The position numbers and the translations under genes are program-made. Shown piece after piece: positions 25,610-36,295 of a stretch of 42,328 nt of DNA (position 1 is the first letter of the stretch; each line of letters opens with the position of its first letter). Under the pieces are notes generated by a model that was not told the origin of the DNA, made no database searches, and worked only from the letters and a program-made list of their open reading frames with translations. The DNA comes from an uncultured Faecalibacterium sp. GTDB lineage: Bacteria; Bacillota; Clostridia; Oscillospirales; Ruminococcaceae. The stretch is from assembly GCA_964511805.1 (NCBI GenBank), contig CAZEIG010000001.1, positions 1 to 42,328 of the forward strand, read 5' to 3'.

Positions 25610-25725
25610 GCACTTTTTGTATCGGATTATCTTTTTTGTGAGAATACCAGAAAACACTTCACATTTTTTCTTCGAGAGAGCGCAAAACGCCGAAAAACTT
25701 AAAAATATTTTCCACCGCTTCCGTT

Positions 25726-26592
25726 TCAGCTCGTCTGCGCCAGCGGCTGGGTGCCGAAGTAGGCGCAGATGGCCTCGTAGTAGACCCGGGCGGCCAGCTG
25801 GCAGCCGTCCGCATCACCAAAGCGGTCCACGTCCTCGGCGCTGGTCACAAAGCACTGCTCAGCCAAAACCGCCGGGCACTCGGACTGTTCCAGGATGGTG
25901 AAGGTATCCTCGTCCCGCACCCGTATGTCGTTGGACTCGGTCAGGGAGCGCTCCCCGTTCACATAGTAGATGTACCGCACGCCGTCTACACCGCGCAGGC
26001 TGCTGCCGGCGTTTGCCATCCCGGCGGCAAGCAGCCGGGCAAAATAGACGCTCTCTCTGTGCCAGCTTCGCCCCGGGGTGATGGGGTAACACTCGAAGCC
26101 GCTGGCCGTAGAGCCCGCGGCCGCCGAATTGCCGTGGATGGAGAGGAGCAGGTCGGGGTTCTGGCTGTTGGAGCGCTCCACTCGCTCGGCAGGTGTGGCG
26201 GTGACCTCGTAGTTCTCCCGGGTGGTCACCGGCAGATAGTTGGGGTCTGCCTCCAGCCAGGCCAGCAGGGCGTCGGCGGTGGCGGCGGTCATCTCCCGTT
26301 CCACCACCACCCCGGTGGCACCGGGGTCGGTGCCGCCGTGGCCAGCGTCCACCGCTATGGTATAGGGCGGGTCCCCGACCTCCGGCCGGAAGTCCTCATC
26401 GGGCTCCCCCGTGGTGGGGGCGCTGGCCGCCGGCCACCAGGCCCAGTCGGCAATGGGCGTGGTGAGCAGGGTGATGGCCTGCCGCAGCGCCGCCCCGCCC
26501 ACTACCACGGCGGCAGCCAGGGCCAGGAACTGCCAGCGGAAGCGGCCCTTCTTCCCGTGTTTTCCTTTGGAACGTCTGTATGGTTGTTTCAT
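25726..26592 (-). CDS. Membrane-anchored N-acetylmuramoyl-L-alanine amidase (Amidase_3)
   Basis: Basic N-terminus plus TM segment; VDAGHGGTDPGA, E, LSIHGN, PAVLAE zinc motifs. Confidence 0.88.
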   Translation of the reverse strand: MKQPYRRSKGKHGKKGRFRWQFLALAAAVVVGGAALRQAITLLTTPIADWAWWPAASAPTTGEPDEDFRPEVGDPPYTIAVDAGHGGTDPGATGVVVEREMTAATADALLAWLEADPNYLPVTTRENYEVTATPAERVERSNSQNPDLLLSIHGNSAAAGSTASGFECYPITPGRSWHRESVYFARLLAAGMANAGSSLRGVDGVRYIYYVNGERSLTESNDIRVRDEDTFTILEQSECPAVLAEQCFVTSAEDVDRFGDADGCQLAARVYYEAICAYFGTQPLAQTS

Positions 26593-26635
26593 CCGTTTTC
26601 TGCGTCCTTTTAAAGTGTTCTGTTTATAACAACGA

Positions 26636-26671
26636 AGAAGGCCGCCCGAAGATTGCAGCCGGGCGGCCCTG
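26636..26671 (-). terminator. Probable terminator after mutS2
   Basis: GGCCGCCC...GGGCGGCC stem followed by TTCTT on the - strand. Confidence 0.5.
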
Positions 26672-26700
26672 TCATTCGATTTTTTGCGGCGGCGGCAAGG

Positions 26701-29118
26701 TTACTTGAGCTCCACCACCGTCACGCCGCTCTCCCCTTCGCCGTAACGGCCCAGGCGGAAGCTCTTGACCATCCGGTGGCCCCGCAGATGCTTCTGGATG
26801 CCGTTGCGGAGGGCGCCGGTGCCGTTGCCGTGGATGAGGTAGACGGTGGACTGCCCGCTCAGGATGGCCCGGTCGATGAAGGCGTCGGCCTCCTGGATGG
26901 CCTCGTCGACGGTCAAGCCCAGCAGGTTGCACTCCATCTTGGCATCCCGGTGGACCCGTTCCACATGGCCCCCGGCTGCGCGGCTGCCGTCCCCGGTCTG
27001 ACGGGTGTACCGCTGCCGGGCCTTGGTCTTGGGGGCGGCAGGGGCTTTCTCCATCTTATCCGGCTGCTTGAGCCCCTTCAGGGGCACCTTGGTCTTGACC
27101 ATGCCGGCCCGCACCAGGACGTTGCCGTCCCGGTCAGGCAGGGCCAGGACGGTGGCGAGCTGGCCCAGCTCGGCGATGCAGACTTCCTGCCCCACCCGGA
27201 CCTCCTTGAGGGGGACGAAGTCCCGTACCGGGTTGTGAACCACATCGGCGCCGGCCAGCAGCTTGGCACTTTCCTTCTTGGCGATCTCACGGGCGCGCTG
27301 GGCCCGCTGCTGGGCGCTGGTCTTTTCGTCCTTCTGGATCCGGCGGAGCTCTTCGGTCAGGTTATAAGCCTCGTTCTCTACCTGCTGGGCCAGGGCGCGG
27401 GCCTTGGCCCGGGCGGCTTCCAGCTCGTTTTCGCCCTGCCGGATCAGCTCTTCCTTCTTCTTCTGGGCGTCCTCCAGCTGATGGGCCGCCTCATAGCGGA
27501 GCTTCTCCACCTCGTCCTGGCTGGCCTTGAGCTGCAGCTTGAGGTCGTCCAGCTGGCCCAGCACCGCATCCAGCCGCTTGTCGTCGGCGGAAAGGTGCTG
27601 TTTGGCCGTGTCGATGATCTGGGCCGGGATGCCCAGCTTTTCGCTGATGAGGAAGGCGTTGGATTTGCCGGGGACGCCGACGCTCAGCTTGTAAGTAGGA
27701 CGCAAGGTCTCCAGGTCGAACTCGCAGCTGGCGTTGACCACTCCCGGCGTCTCGAGAGCAAAGACCTTCAGCTCGGCATAGTGGGTGGTGGCCATCAGCA
27801 GGACGCCCCGGCGGCGGAGGGCCTCGATGATGGCAACGGCCAGAGCCGCGCCCTCGGCGGGGTCGGTGCCGGCCCCCAGCTCGTCCAGAAGCACCAGGGT
27901 GCCGGGACCGGCCAGTTCGAGGATACCGGTGATCTTGGTCATATGGCCCGAGAAGGTGGACAGGCTCTGTTCGATGCTCTGCTCGTCGCCGATATCCACC
28001 AGATATTCCTGGAAGACGCAGACTTCGCTCCGCTCGTCGGCCGGGATTAAAAAGCCGCACTGGGCCATCACGCAGAGCAGGCCGGCCGTCTTCAGGGTGA
28101 CGGTCTTGCCGCCGGTGTTGGGGCCGGTGATGATGAGGGAGTCGTATTCCTGCCCCAGGGCGATGTCCACCGGCACGCACTTGGCCGGGTCGATCAGGGG
28201 GTGGCGGGCACGGATGAGGGAAAAGGAGCTGTCGTACCGGACGGCAGGCTTGAAGGCCTTCATCTCAAGAGCCATCCGCGCCTTGGCCAACAGGATGTCG
28301 ATCTCCAGCATGGCCTTGTAGCTGTACTGGAACTGGGGCTCGATGGCGGCCACCTGGCTCGAGAAGGCGGTCAGGATCCGCTCGATCTCCTGGGCCTCCT
28401 GGGCCCGGTACTGGAGGATCCGGGCGTTGGCCTCAACGACGGCCTGGGGCTCGACAAAGACGGTAGCGCCGGTGGAGGAAACGTCGTGGATGATACCGCT
28501 GACCTCACCCCGGTACTCGCTCTTGACCGGGACGACGTACCGGCCGTTTCGGATGGAGACCACCGCCTCCTGCAGGTACTTGGAAGACTCCATGTTGTGG
28601 ACCATCCCTTCCAGGCGGTCACGGATGGAGTTCTCGGTGGCGCGGATCTTTTTCCGCAGCTCGTTCAGGGTGTGAGAGGCGGTGTCTGCCATGGTGTCGG
28701 GCGCAAGGATGGCGTCCGAGATCTGCTGCTCCAGTCCGGGCTGGGGCGACAGGGCGTAGAACAAATCGTCGGTGGGCAGGGCATCGTGCTCGGTGGAGCC
28801 GTACCAACTGCTCAGGTTCTGGAAATTGCGGAGGGCACCCGCCACCAGCAGCAGCTCCCCCATCGAGAGGACGCCGCCCTTGACGGCCCGCGCGGCCAGG
28901 GCGCTGACCCCCTCCACCCTGCCGAACCGGGGCGAGCCGTTCTTGATCAGGAGGGTGTTGACGGCGTCGGTTTGCTCCAGCGCATAGCGGACTTCGTCGG
29001 GGTCGCACTGGGGGGTCAGCTCCAGCATCTTGGCCTTTGCTTCCTTGCAGACGCAGCCGGCGGCAGCCCGCTCGATGATCTTGTTCAATTCGAGTGTCTG
29101 TAAATAACTTGTCTCCAT
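26701..29118 (-). CDS. mutS2: Endonuclease MutS2
   Basis: ITGPNTGGKT, IGDEQSIEQSLSTFS, DELGAGTDP, C-terminal Smr domain (IHGNGTGALR); start METSY at 29118. Confidence 0.96.
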   Translation of the reverse strand: METSYLQTLELNKIIERAAAGCVCKEAKAKMLELTPQCDPDEVRYALEQTDAVNTLLIKNGSPRFGRVEGVSALAARAVKGGVLSMGELLLVAGALRNFQNLSSWYGSTEHDALPTDDLFYALSPQPGLEQQISDAILAPDTMADTASHTLNELRKKIRATENSIRDRLEGMVHNMESSKYLQEAVVSIRNGRYVVPVKSEYRGEVSGIIHDVSSTGATVFVEPQAVVEANARILQYRAQEAQEIERILTAFSSQVAAIEPQFQYSYKAMLEIDILLAKARMALEMKAFKPAVRYDSSFSLIRARHPLIDPAKCVPVDIALGQEYDSLIITGPNTGGKTVTLKTAGLLCVMAQCGFLIPADERSEVCVFQEYLVDIGDEQSIEQSLSTFSGHMTKITGILELAGPGTLVLLDELGAGTDPAEGAALAVAIIEALRRRGVLLMATTHYAELKVFALETPGVVNASCEFDLETLRPTYKLSVGVPGKSNAFLISEKLGIPAQIIDTAKQHLSADDKRLDAVLGQLDDLKLQLKASQDEVEKLRYEAAHQLEDAQKKKEELIRQGENELEAARAKARALAQQVENEAYNLTEELRRIQKDEKTSAQQRAQRAREIAKKESAKLLAGADVVHNPVRDFVPLKEVRVGQEVCIAELGQLATVLALPDRDGNVLVRAGMVKTKVPLKGLKQPDKMEKAPAAPKTKARQRYTRQTGDGSRAAGGHVERVHRDAKMECNLLGLTVDEAIQEADAFIDRAILSGQSTVYLIHGNGTGALRNGIQKHLRGHRMVKSFRLGRYGEGESGVTVVELK

Positions 29119-29129
29119 AAACGTTTGAT

Positions 29130-29918
29130 TCAGTCCTTTTTTGACTGTTGGTCCGGGTCCCAGGCAGAGAGGGACCGCAAAAATTTCAACGAATTGAATT
29201 GTTTGTCCATGTGGGCCAAGGCGTACTGTTCCGCCGCCGCAAACAGCAGCTTGGCGCTGCCGGCAGAAATGCGGAAACCGAACAGTCTTTTGTCCTCCAC
29301 AAGGCAGATGTACCGCACGGCGAAAAGCGCGCCCTTGTCCAGATTGCAGGCAAGGCCCTCTTTGGCGGCGCAATCCGCGCAGAGCAGGCGGCCGTCCTCG
29401 CAGTCGAGATAAAAGCGGTCGCCGTCGTAGGCGCCGCACGCCTTACAGCAGAGCAGCTGAGGCAGAAAGCCGCACTCGCAGATCATCCGCAGCTCGAACA
29501 CCGCTTTGACCAGCTTGGGGGCGGTTTTTTTTTCGCAGATCTTGTACAGGCAGTTCATCAGGAGCTTGAGCTCCTTCTCCGCCGGCTGGTCAGCCAGGGA
29601 GAGCGCCAGGGTGAACTCCACCATATACATGGCTACCCCCTGCGCCTCAAAGCTGTAGGCAATGTCCCGGAAGTCGGTCTCGTAGCCCGCCTCGATGACG
29701 GTATACATCCGGTCCTCGGTGTTCCGGCCGGGCCGGAGCACGAATTCAGAATAGCACAGCTGGCCGCAGGCCGCAAAGAGATGGCTGGTCAGCCGCATGC
29801 TGTTTTTGGCAAAGGCGCTGATCAGCCCTTTTTCAGCGGTGAGTATCTTGAGGATCCGATCCGACTCGCCGTACTCGATCTCCTGCAGGACCAGCCCCAT
29901 GATCACAAAATCGTCCAT
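29130..29918 (-). CDS. recO: DNA repair protein RecO
   Basis: YGESDRILKILT..GLIS, FELRM, CxxC...CxxC zinc motif; downstream of era. Confidence 0.9.
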   Translation of the reverse strand: MDDFVIMGLVLQEIEYGESDRILKILTAEKGLISAFAKNSMRLTSHLFAACGQLCYSEFVLRPGRNTEDRMYTVIEAGYETDFRDIAYSFEAQGVAMYMVEFTLALSLADQPAEKELKLLMNCLYKICEKKTAPKLVKAVFELRMICECGFLPQLLCCKACGAYDGDRFYLDCEDGRLLCADCAAKEGLACNLDKGALFAVRYICLVEDKRLFGFRISAGSAKLLFAAAEQYALAHMDKQFNSLKFLRSLSAWDPDQQSKKD

Positions 29919-30033
29919 CGTATCCTTCCTCTGCCGCTTCTGCGGCCCGGCCGCCCGAAGCGCGTTTATATTCCAGATAGCAGTCGATCTTTCCTGTAGA
30001 TGCAAACGCCTTCCAGCAGTTTTCAGCATCCAT
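29833..30033 (-). CDS. yqzL: YqzL-family small protein
   Basis: WKAFASTGKIDCYLEYK; conserved position between era and recO; GAGGTG RBS. Confidence 0.7.
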   Translation of the reverse strand: MDAENCWKAFASTGKIDCYLEYKRASGGRAAEAAEEGYDGRFCDHGAGPAGDRVRRVGSDPQDTHR

Positions 30034-30143
30034 CCGTCAGCACCTCGCTTTCCGTCGGCCTTCCCGACCGGCAGTCGTTAGTGTTGACCCCATCTTAACG
30101 CGTTATCCCCGGGAAATCTGTCCTGTTGTGGCGGGGCGGGCGG

Positions 30144-31085
30144 TCATTTGCGGCCGGTGTCCTGGCGGAAGCCGAGACTGTTGAGCATGAATTCATTGTC
30201 CCGCCAGTCCGGCTTCACCTTGACCCAGCACCGCAAGTTGACCCTGCAGCCCAGGAAGGCCTCGCAGTCCACCCGGGCCGCGCTGGCGATCTTTTTCAGC
30301 ATGGCGCCGCCCTTGCCGATGACCATCCCCTTGTGACTCTCCCGCTCGCAGTAGATGTTGACGTCGATGTCCACAAGGTTGGTTCCGGGGCGCTCTTTGA
30401 ACCGCTCCACCACCACAGCCAGACCGTGGGGGATCTCGTCCCGCATGAAGAGGAGGGCTTTTTCCCGGATCAGCTCGGCCACCAGCTCCTTTTCGGGCAT
30501 ATCGGTATAGGCGTCGTCGTCAAAGTAGTGGGGGCCTTCCACCGCATAGCGGCCCAGAACCTCGAAGAGTTCCTCGCAGTTTTTGTTGTCCCGGACGCTG
30601 ACCGGGTAGACCGAGTCAAAGACCTCGAGGGCTTCCAGCTCGGCCTTCCGCGCCTGGAGTTCGGCCTCATCCTTGACGAGGTCGATCTTGTTGATAACCG
30701 CGATGGCCGGGCCGCTGCGGCGGAGGGCGTTGATCAGCATCTCCTCCGACTCGTTCAGGCCGCAGTGGGGCTCGAAGAGCATCATGGATACATCCACGTC
30801 CCCCACCGAGTCGCTGGCGGTCTTGTCCATCCGCCTGCCCAGCTTGTTCCGGGCCTTGTGGACGCCGGGGGTGTCCAGCAGGACATATTGCAGCGGTCCC
30901 CGGGTGATGACGCCGGTAATCCGGGTACGGGTGGTCTGGGGCTTGGAGGTAACGATGGCCACCTTCTCCCCCACCAGCCGGTTGGTCAGGCTGGATTTGC
31001 CCACGTTGGGCCGGCCGATCACCGCCACAAAGACCGATGAGGTATCATAGTGGGGTGTGTGATCTGTCGTTGTCGTATGGTTCAA
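30144..31085 (-). CDS. era: GTPase Era
   Basis: GRPNVGKS, KPQTTR, DTPG, NKID, KH-domain VIGKGG. Confidence 0.97.
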   Translation of the reverse strand: MNHTTTTDHTPHYDTSSVFVAVIGRPNVGKSSLTNRLVGEKVAIVTSKPQTTRTRITGVITRGPLQYVLLDTPGVHKARNKLGRRMDKTASDSVGDVDVSMMLFEPHCGLNESEEMLINALRRSGPAIAVINKIDLVKDEAELQARKAELEALEVFDSVYPVSVRDNKNCEELFEVLGRYAVEGPHYFDDDAYTDMPEKELVAELIREKALLFMRDEIPHGLAVVVERFKERPGTNLVDIDVNIYCERESHKGMVIGKGGAMLKKIASAARVDCEAFLGCRVNLRCWVKVKPDWRDNEFMLNSLGFRQDTGRK

Positions 31086-31164
31086 GGTTCTTCTCTCTTT
31101 CCATTCATCTGCGCCGAAGGCGGCGCGCTCCTATCCCAAAAGTTCCCAAGGCATACACCGTCCG

Positions 31165-31656
31165 TCACTCGGTATAGCTGACGGTGCGGGGCAGCCCCAG
31201 CTGCAGCAGGACGGCCTCCTCCCGTTCCCGCATCCGGACGGCTTCCAGGCCGCCGTTCTCGTGGTCGTAGCCCAACAGGTGGAGCATCGAGTGTACGGTC
31301 AGGAAGGCCACCTCCCGCTGGAGGGAGTGGCCGTAGAGGTTGGCCTGCTCCATGGCCCGCTCCATGCTGATGACAATGTCCCCCAGCATCTTGCAGCCGT
31401 TGTTCTCGTCGATGTCGTACTTGCCGTCCACCCCCAGCGGGAAGCTGAGAACGTCGGTGGGCATCGGCTTGCCGCGGTACTGGTTGTTCAGTTCGGCGAT
31501 GGCGGCGTTATCCACAAAGGTCACGCTGATTTCAGCGGACCCTTCAAAATGCTCGTATTCCAGCACGGCGTTGCAGGCGCGACGGATCAGGATGCGCAGG
31601 CCGGACGGCACCTTGACCGCTTTCTGGGAGTTTGTGATCAATACTTTGTTGGACAT
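31165..31656 (-). CDS. ybeY: rRNA maturation endoribonuclease YbeY
   Basis: PTDVLSF, LGDIVIS, HSMLHLLGYDH. Confidence 0.97.
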   Translation of the reverse strand: MSNKVLITNSQKAVKVPSGLRILIRRACNAVLEYEHFEGSAEISVTFVDNAAIAELNNQYRGKPMPTDVLSFPLGVDGKYDIDENNGCKMLGDIVISMERAMEQANLYGHSLQREVAFLTVHSMLHLLGYDHENGGLEAVRMREREEAVLLQLGLPRTVSYTE

Positions 31657-31677
31657 ATCGGTCCGCTCCTTCCTTTT

Positions 31678-32640
<963 letters not shown>

Positions 32641-32842
32641 GTGATCCCTCCCGAAATCGGTCTGTCCTGGTTGTCGTTGCCATTTTTGAGAAAATTCTGC
32701 GTTTTTATTATATCACTAAAACTTCCTGTAGGAAACTGTGAAAAAGGCACAAAATATACAGCAGGATTCGAGCACTTTTCCATGGCCGGACGGCTCTGCC
32801 GGGCCTGCCGTCCCCTGTACGCGTCCGGCAGCGCAGAGGCGC

Positions 32843-32871
32843 TTGACACCACCCGGCTTTTGTGCTACAAT
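32843..32871 (+). promoter_or_regulatory. Sigma-A promoter of the tRNA gene
   Basis: TTGACA-17nt-TACAAT with extended -10 TG. Confidence 0.85.
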
Positions 32872-32898
32872 AGCCTGGCGCTGCGATAAACGCGGTAT

Positions 32899-32974
32899 GC
32901 TACTGTGGCTCAGCCGGTAGAGCAGCTCACTCGTAATGAGCAGGTCGTCCGTTCGAATCGGATCAGTAGCTCCA
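32899..32974 (+). tRNA. tRNA-Thr(CGT)
   Basis: 76-nt cloverleaf: acceptor GCTACTG/CAGTAGC, anticodon arm GCTCA-CTCGTAA-TGAGC, TTCGAAT T-loop, encoded CCA. Confidence 0.97.
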
Positions 32975-32978
32975 GCCC

Positions 32979-33021
32979 AAAGCCCCGAGGCCATTTGACG
33001 GTTTCGGGGCTTTTATTTTTT
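32979..33021 (+). terminator. Intrinsic terminator after the tRNA (likely bidirectional)
   Basis: AAAGCCCCGA...TCGGGGCTTTTATTTTT. Confidence 0.8.
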
Positions 33022-34060
33022 CAGCGGCCGCGGCGGGAGGGGGGCAGCTCCCGGCAAAGCTGGCATACGACCAGACAGCAGCCCAAAAAGGCCAGCACTG
33101 CACAGTCGGGTGGGACCCGCCGCAGAACGGCAGGGGTGCTGTGCAGGACGGCCGCCGCCTCTGCAGTCCCGCCGGGCAGAAGGAGCAGCAGCCGGACCGC
33201 CAGCAGAGGCCGGAAGGAGACCTCGGCAGGCAGGATGGTCCGCACCTGGAGCAAGGCCGAAAGCCCCTGCAGGCTGACGGCCGCGCAGCAGAGGTAACTC
33301 GCCCACCGGCCGCTGCGTGAGGCCAGGTCGCAGCCGGAACAGACTTCCAGCAGGATGGCGGCCGCCATGCCGCTTCCGGCGGGCAGCAGTGCCCCCAGCC
33401 CGCCCGCCAGCAGCCGGAAGTAGAGGACGAAGCCGCAGAGCTTGCAGTAGGTGATGGCGGCGTCGGCAATGACGCCATCCAGGCGGAGAGGCGACTGGGG
33501 CGCGGGCTGCTGTGGGGCTGGGTCCGGTTTTGCGGTGACGGGGGTCCGGCGGCCGAGACGGAGCAGGACCGCCGACAGCCACCCGGCCGCTATCTGAGCT
33601 GCAAACAGCCGAACGCCCAGTCCAGTGCTGCCCAGCATCCCCTGCCCCACTGTCAGCACCACAAAGGAAGGCCCGGAGCAGATGCAGGCAGGCAGAAGGG
33701 CGGCGGCTTCCTCCGGGCGGAGCCGGCCGCTGCGGACCGCCTGGGCTGCGGCATTGGCCGCCGGCGCAAAGCCCCCGGCCCAGCCCATCAGCAGGATGCT
33801 CCCAGCAGCAGGTGCTTTCGCACCTGTCAGGCAGGCGGCCGGCCGGAGCGGCGTCCCCAGCAGTTCCCCGCCGCCGCTGCGGAGCAGCAGGGTGGAAACG
33901 ATCAAAAACGAGAAGAGCGAGAGAAGCAGCGGCCCCCGCAGAGGGCCACCCCCTCCCGAAGGGCCGCTGCACAGGCCTGCGGCGCGGCAAAGGGCAGCAC
34001 AGCCGTCATCAGTGCCAGCGAAACAGGCAGAATGCGGCGGAAAAAACAGCGTCGACACAT
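33021..34060 (-). pseudogene. ylbJ: YlbJ-like sporulation integral membrane protein, frameshifted
   Basis: N-terminus MCRRCFF...ALREGVALCGG is in one frame and PLLLSLFSFLIVS...GGFAP...SGPSFV..VG...LEVCSG in another; switch at the G5 run near 33933-33937. Confidence 0.65.
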
Positions 34061-34145
34061 AAGCAGCCCCCCTGCTTCCATATATATGGACAGAGGCTGG
34101 ACAGAGGCCGCAGGCCATGCCTGCGCGGCAATGGGAGGGAAAAGG

Positions 34146-34436
34146 GTGTCGAAACAACGCAAAAAGCGGCTGACGCCGCAAAGCTGGCTCAAGCTGCTGT
34201 TCCGCCAGCCCCCTGCCGGGATGTACCGGCGGCCGTCGGTCTATATCAGCGGCACCCAGATGGAGATCGAGCACTTCAAACGGATCCGCACCTACGACGA
34301 GAGCAAGCTCTGCCTGGAGTTGTACGACGGCCGCTTTACCGTCTATGGGGACCAGATGAAGATCCTGTCCCTGGCCGCCCACCGAATCACCTTGAAGGGG
34401 CGGTTCCTGCGGACAGATTTTTCGGACGATGTGTGA
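34146..34436 (+). CDS. yqfC: YabP/YqfC-family sporulation protein
   Basis: IEHFKRIRTYDE...VYGDQMKI...ITLKG; GGGAGGG RBS with GTG start; precedes yqfD. Confidence 0.75.
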   Translation: MSKQRKKRLTPQSWLKLLFRQPPAGMYRRPSVYISGTQMEIEHFKRIRTYDESKLCLELYDGRFTVYGDQMKILSLAAHRITLKGRFLRTDFSDDV

Positions 34437-34448
34437 GGGGGCAGACGG

Positions 34449-35340
34449 ATGGACGCTGTACAGCTCTGGGCAGGGGTCACCTTCACCGCCCGCGGTGGGA
34501 ACATTGAGGGCCTGCTGGATGACGCGGCCCGGACGGGGCTCCAACTCCGCCAGATCACGGCCGCGCCCGGCGGTTTCACGGGGCGCTGTGCCGCCTGGCG
34601 GTACCGGCGGCTGGCCCGGCGGCGCAGGGTCCGGCTTCGGGTGGAGCGGCGGCGTGGGCTGTTCTTCCATCTGCGGCCCTACCTGCGGCTGGAGGTCGAG
34701 GCCGCAGCCGCCCGGCAGACGCCTCTCGGGCAAGCTGCAGACCCTGCACGCCAGGACGGGCGGCACCGTGGCCGCGGTCAATCTGAAAAGCGGCACCGCC
34801 CTTGTGGAGCCGGGCCAACAGGTGGAGGCCGGGCAGGCGCTGATCGGCACCGCCCGCACCGAGCGGGACGGCACCCCCATCTTTGCCCCGGCTGCTGGCA
34901 GTGTGACCGCCCGCTTCGAGTGGTCCGCAGCATATGACCAGCCCCTTTCCGCCGAAGTCCCCCTGCTGACTGGCAGGACCAGGACAGAGCTGCAGCTCTC
35001 CTGCGGGGGGCTGCGGCTCGACCTGCCGGGTTGGGGTTTCCTTCGCGGCGACGCGGCCGGGGACAACATCTCGGTCACCCGCCATCTCCAACTGGAACTG
35101 GGCGGCCTTCCCCTGCCGGTATCGGTGAAAGAGACGGTGCGGTATGAGCGTCTGACCGGCCAGACGGCCTACCCGGACGACCTCGCTCTTGCCATGGCCC
35201 GGCTGCACTGCCAGCAGGCGCTGGAAGCCGACTGGCCTGACGCCGAGGTTCTGACGGTAAAGGAGTCAGTGGAGATGGGCTCGGGCACGCTCCATTATGC
35301 CGTCACCTATACCCTGCTGGGGGACATCGTGGACTGGTGA
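34449..35340 (+). pseudogene. yqfD: YqfD/SpoIV sporulation protein, internally deleted and frameshifted
   Basis: N-terminus (...RVERRRGLFFHLRPYL) in frame 34449; C-terminus (ARTGGTV..V..GTALVEPGQQVEAGQALIG) in frame 34429; no TM segment after LRPYL. Confidence 0.7.
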
Positions 35341-35346
35341 GGACAG

Positions 35347-35394
35347 AAAAAACGGCCGGTCGTGCTGTGTGGCGCGGCCGGCCGTTTTTGTTTT
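35347..35394. terminator. Bidirectional intrinsic terminator
   Basis: AAAAAACGGCCGG...CCGGCCGTTTTTGTTTT between convergent yqfD and hslO. Confidence 0.85.
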
Positions 35395-36295
35395 ACGTTG
35401 CGGAAGGTTCCGCCGCTTCCCGGGCGGGCAGTTCGGCAAGCAGCTCGTTCAGGTCAAACTCATACTTGCTGTGGCAGAAATGGCAGACCACCTCACAGTG
35501 GGGGTCCTCATCCCGGAGCTTCTCCAGCTCCTTCCGGCCAAGGCTGAGGAGCATCCCTTTGGTGCGCTCCCGGCTGCAATCGCAGCGGTAGGCCACCTGG
35601 CGGGTTTCCAGTACCGAGGGCGCAAAGCCGGTTAGGGCCTTTTCCATCATCTCTTTGGGGGTGGTGCCGGCGTTCAGCATCTCGGTGACCGATGGCATGG
35701 CGGCGATGTTCTGTTCCAGCCGGGTGATCTCGGCGTCGGCGGCGCCGGGCAGCAGCTGGATGAGGTAGCCGCCCGCACAGCGGATGGTCAAATCGGTATT
35801 GACCAGGACCCCCAGGGCACAGACGGTGGGGATCTGCTCGCTGTAGGCGTAATAGCTAGTCAGGTCCTCGGCGATTTCCCCCGAGACCAGCGGCACCTGG
35901 CCGATGGTGGGTTCCTTCTGGAGCTTGTTGTCCCGGATGACGGTGAAGACGCCGTCCTTCCCGACGGCACCGCCCACATCCAGGTGGCCGTCCGCCCGGG
36001 GCGGCAGCTCGACCAGCGGGTGGTCGATACAGCCCTTGACGTTGCCGGTGCCGTCGGTGCAGGCGATGAGGAGGCCGGCGGGTCCGCCGCCGTCCACACG
36101 CAGGGTGATGCTGTCCCGCTCATCCTTCAGCATGGCCCCCATCAGGGACGCGCCGGTCAAAAGCCGGCCCAAAGCCGCGCTGCAGGTAGCGCTGGTGGTG
36201 TGAATCCGTTCTGCTTTACACACAATATCAGTCGAATCTACGCCGTAAAATACGATGCCTCCGTTCTCAGACAGGCCGCGGATCAGTTCAGCCAT
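35393..36295 (-). CDS. hslO: Hsp33 redox-regulated chaperone
   Basis: AALGRLLTG, SGEIAEDL..Y...SEQ, CDCS and CHFC zinc motif. Confidence 0.96.
   Translation of the reverse strand: MAELIRGLSENGGIVFYGVDSTDIVCKAERIHTTSATCSAALGRLLTGASLMGAMLKDERDSITLRVDGGGPAGLLIACTDGTGNVKGCIDHPLVELPPRADGHLDVGGAVGKDGVFTVIRDNKLQKEPTIGQVPLVSGEIAEDLTSYYAYSEQIPTVCALGVLVNTDLTIRCAGGYLIQLLPGAADAEITRLEQNIAAMPSVTEMLNAGTTPKEMMEKALTGFAPSVLETRQVAYRCDCSRERTKGMLLSLGRKELEKLRDEDPHCEVVCHFCHSKYEFDLNELLAELPAREAAEPSAT

Noticed and set aside
32899-33021. tRNA-Thr as an integration site of a genomic island
   Set aside because: Directly followed by its terminator and chromosomal genes; no duplicated 3' end or adjacent integrase seen
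33021-35078. 685-aa ORF as a single novel protein
   Set aside because: Its C-terminal half is the frameshifted ylbJ body; the N-terminal half is antisense to yqfC/yqfD
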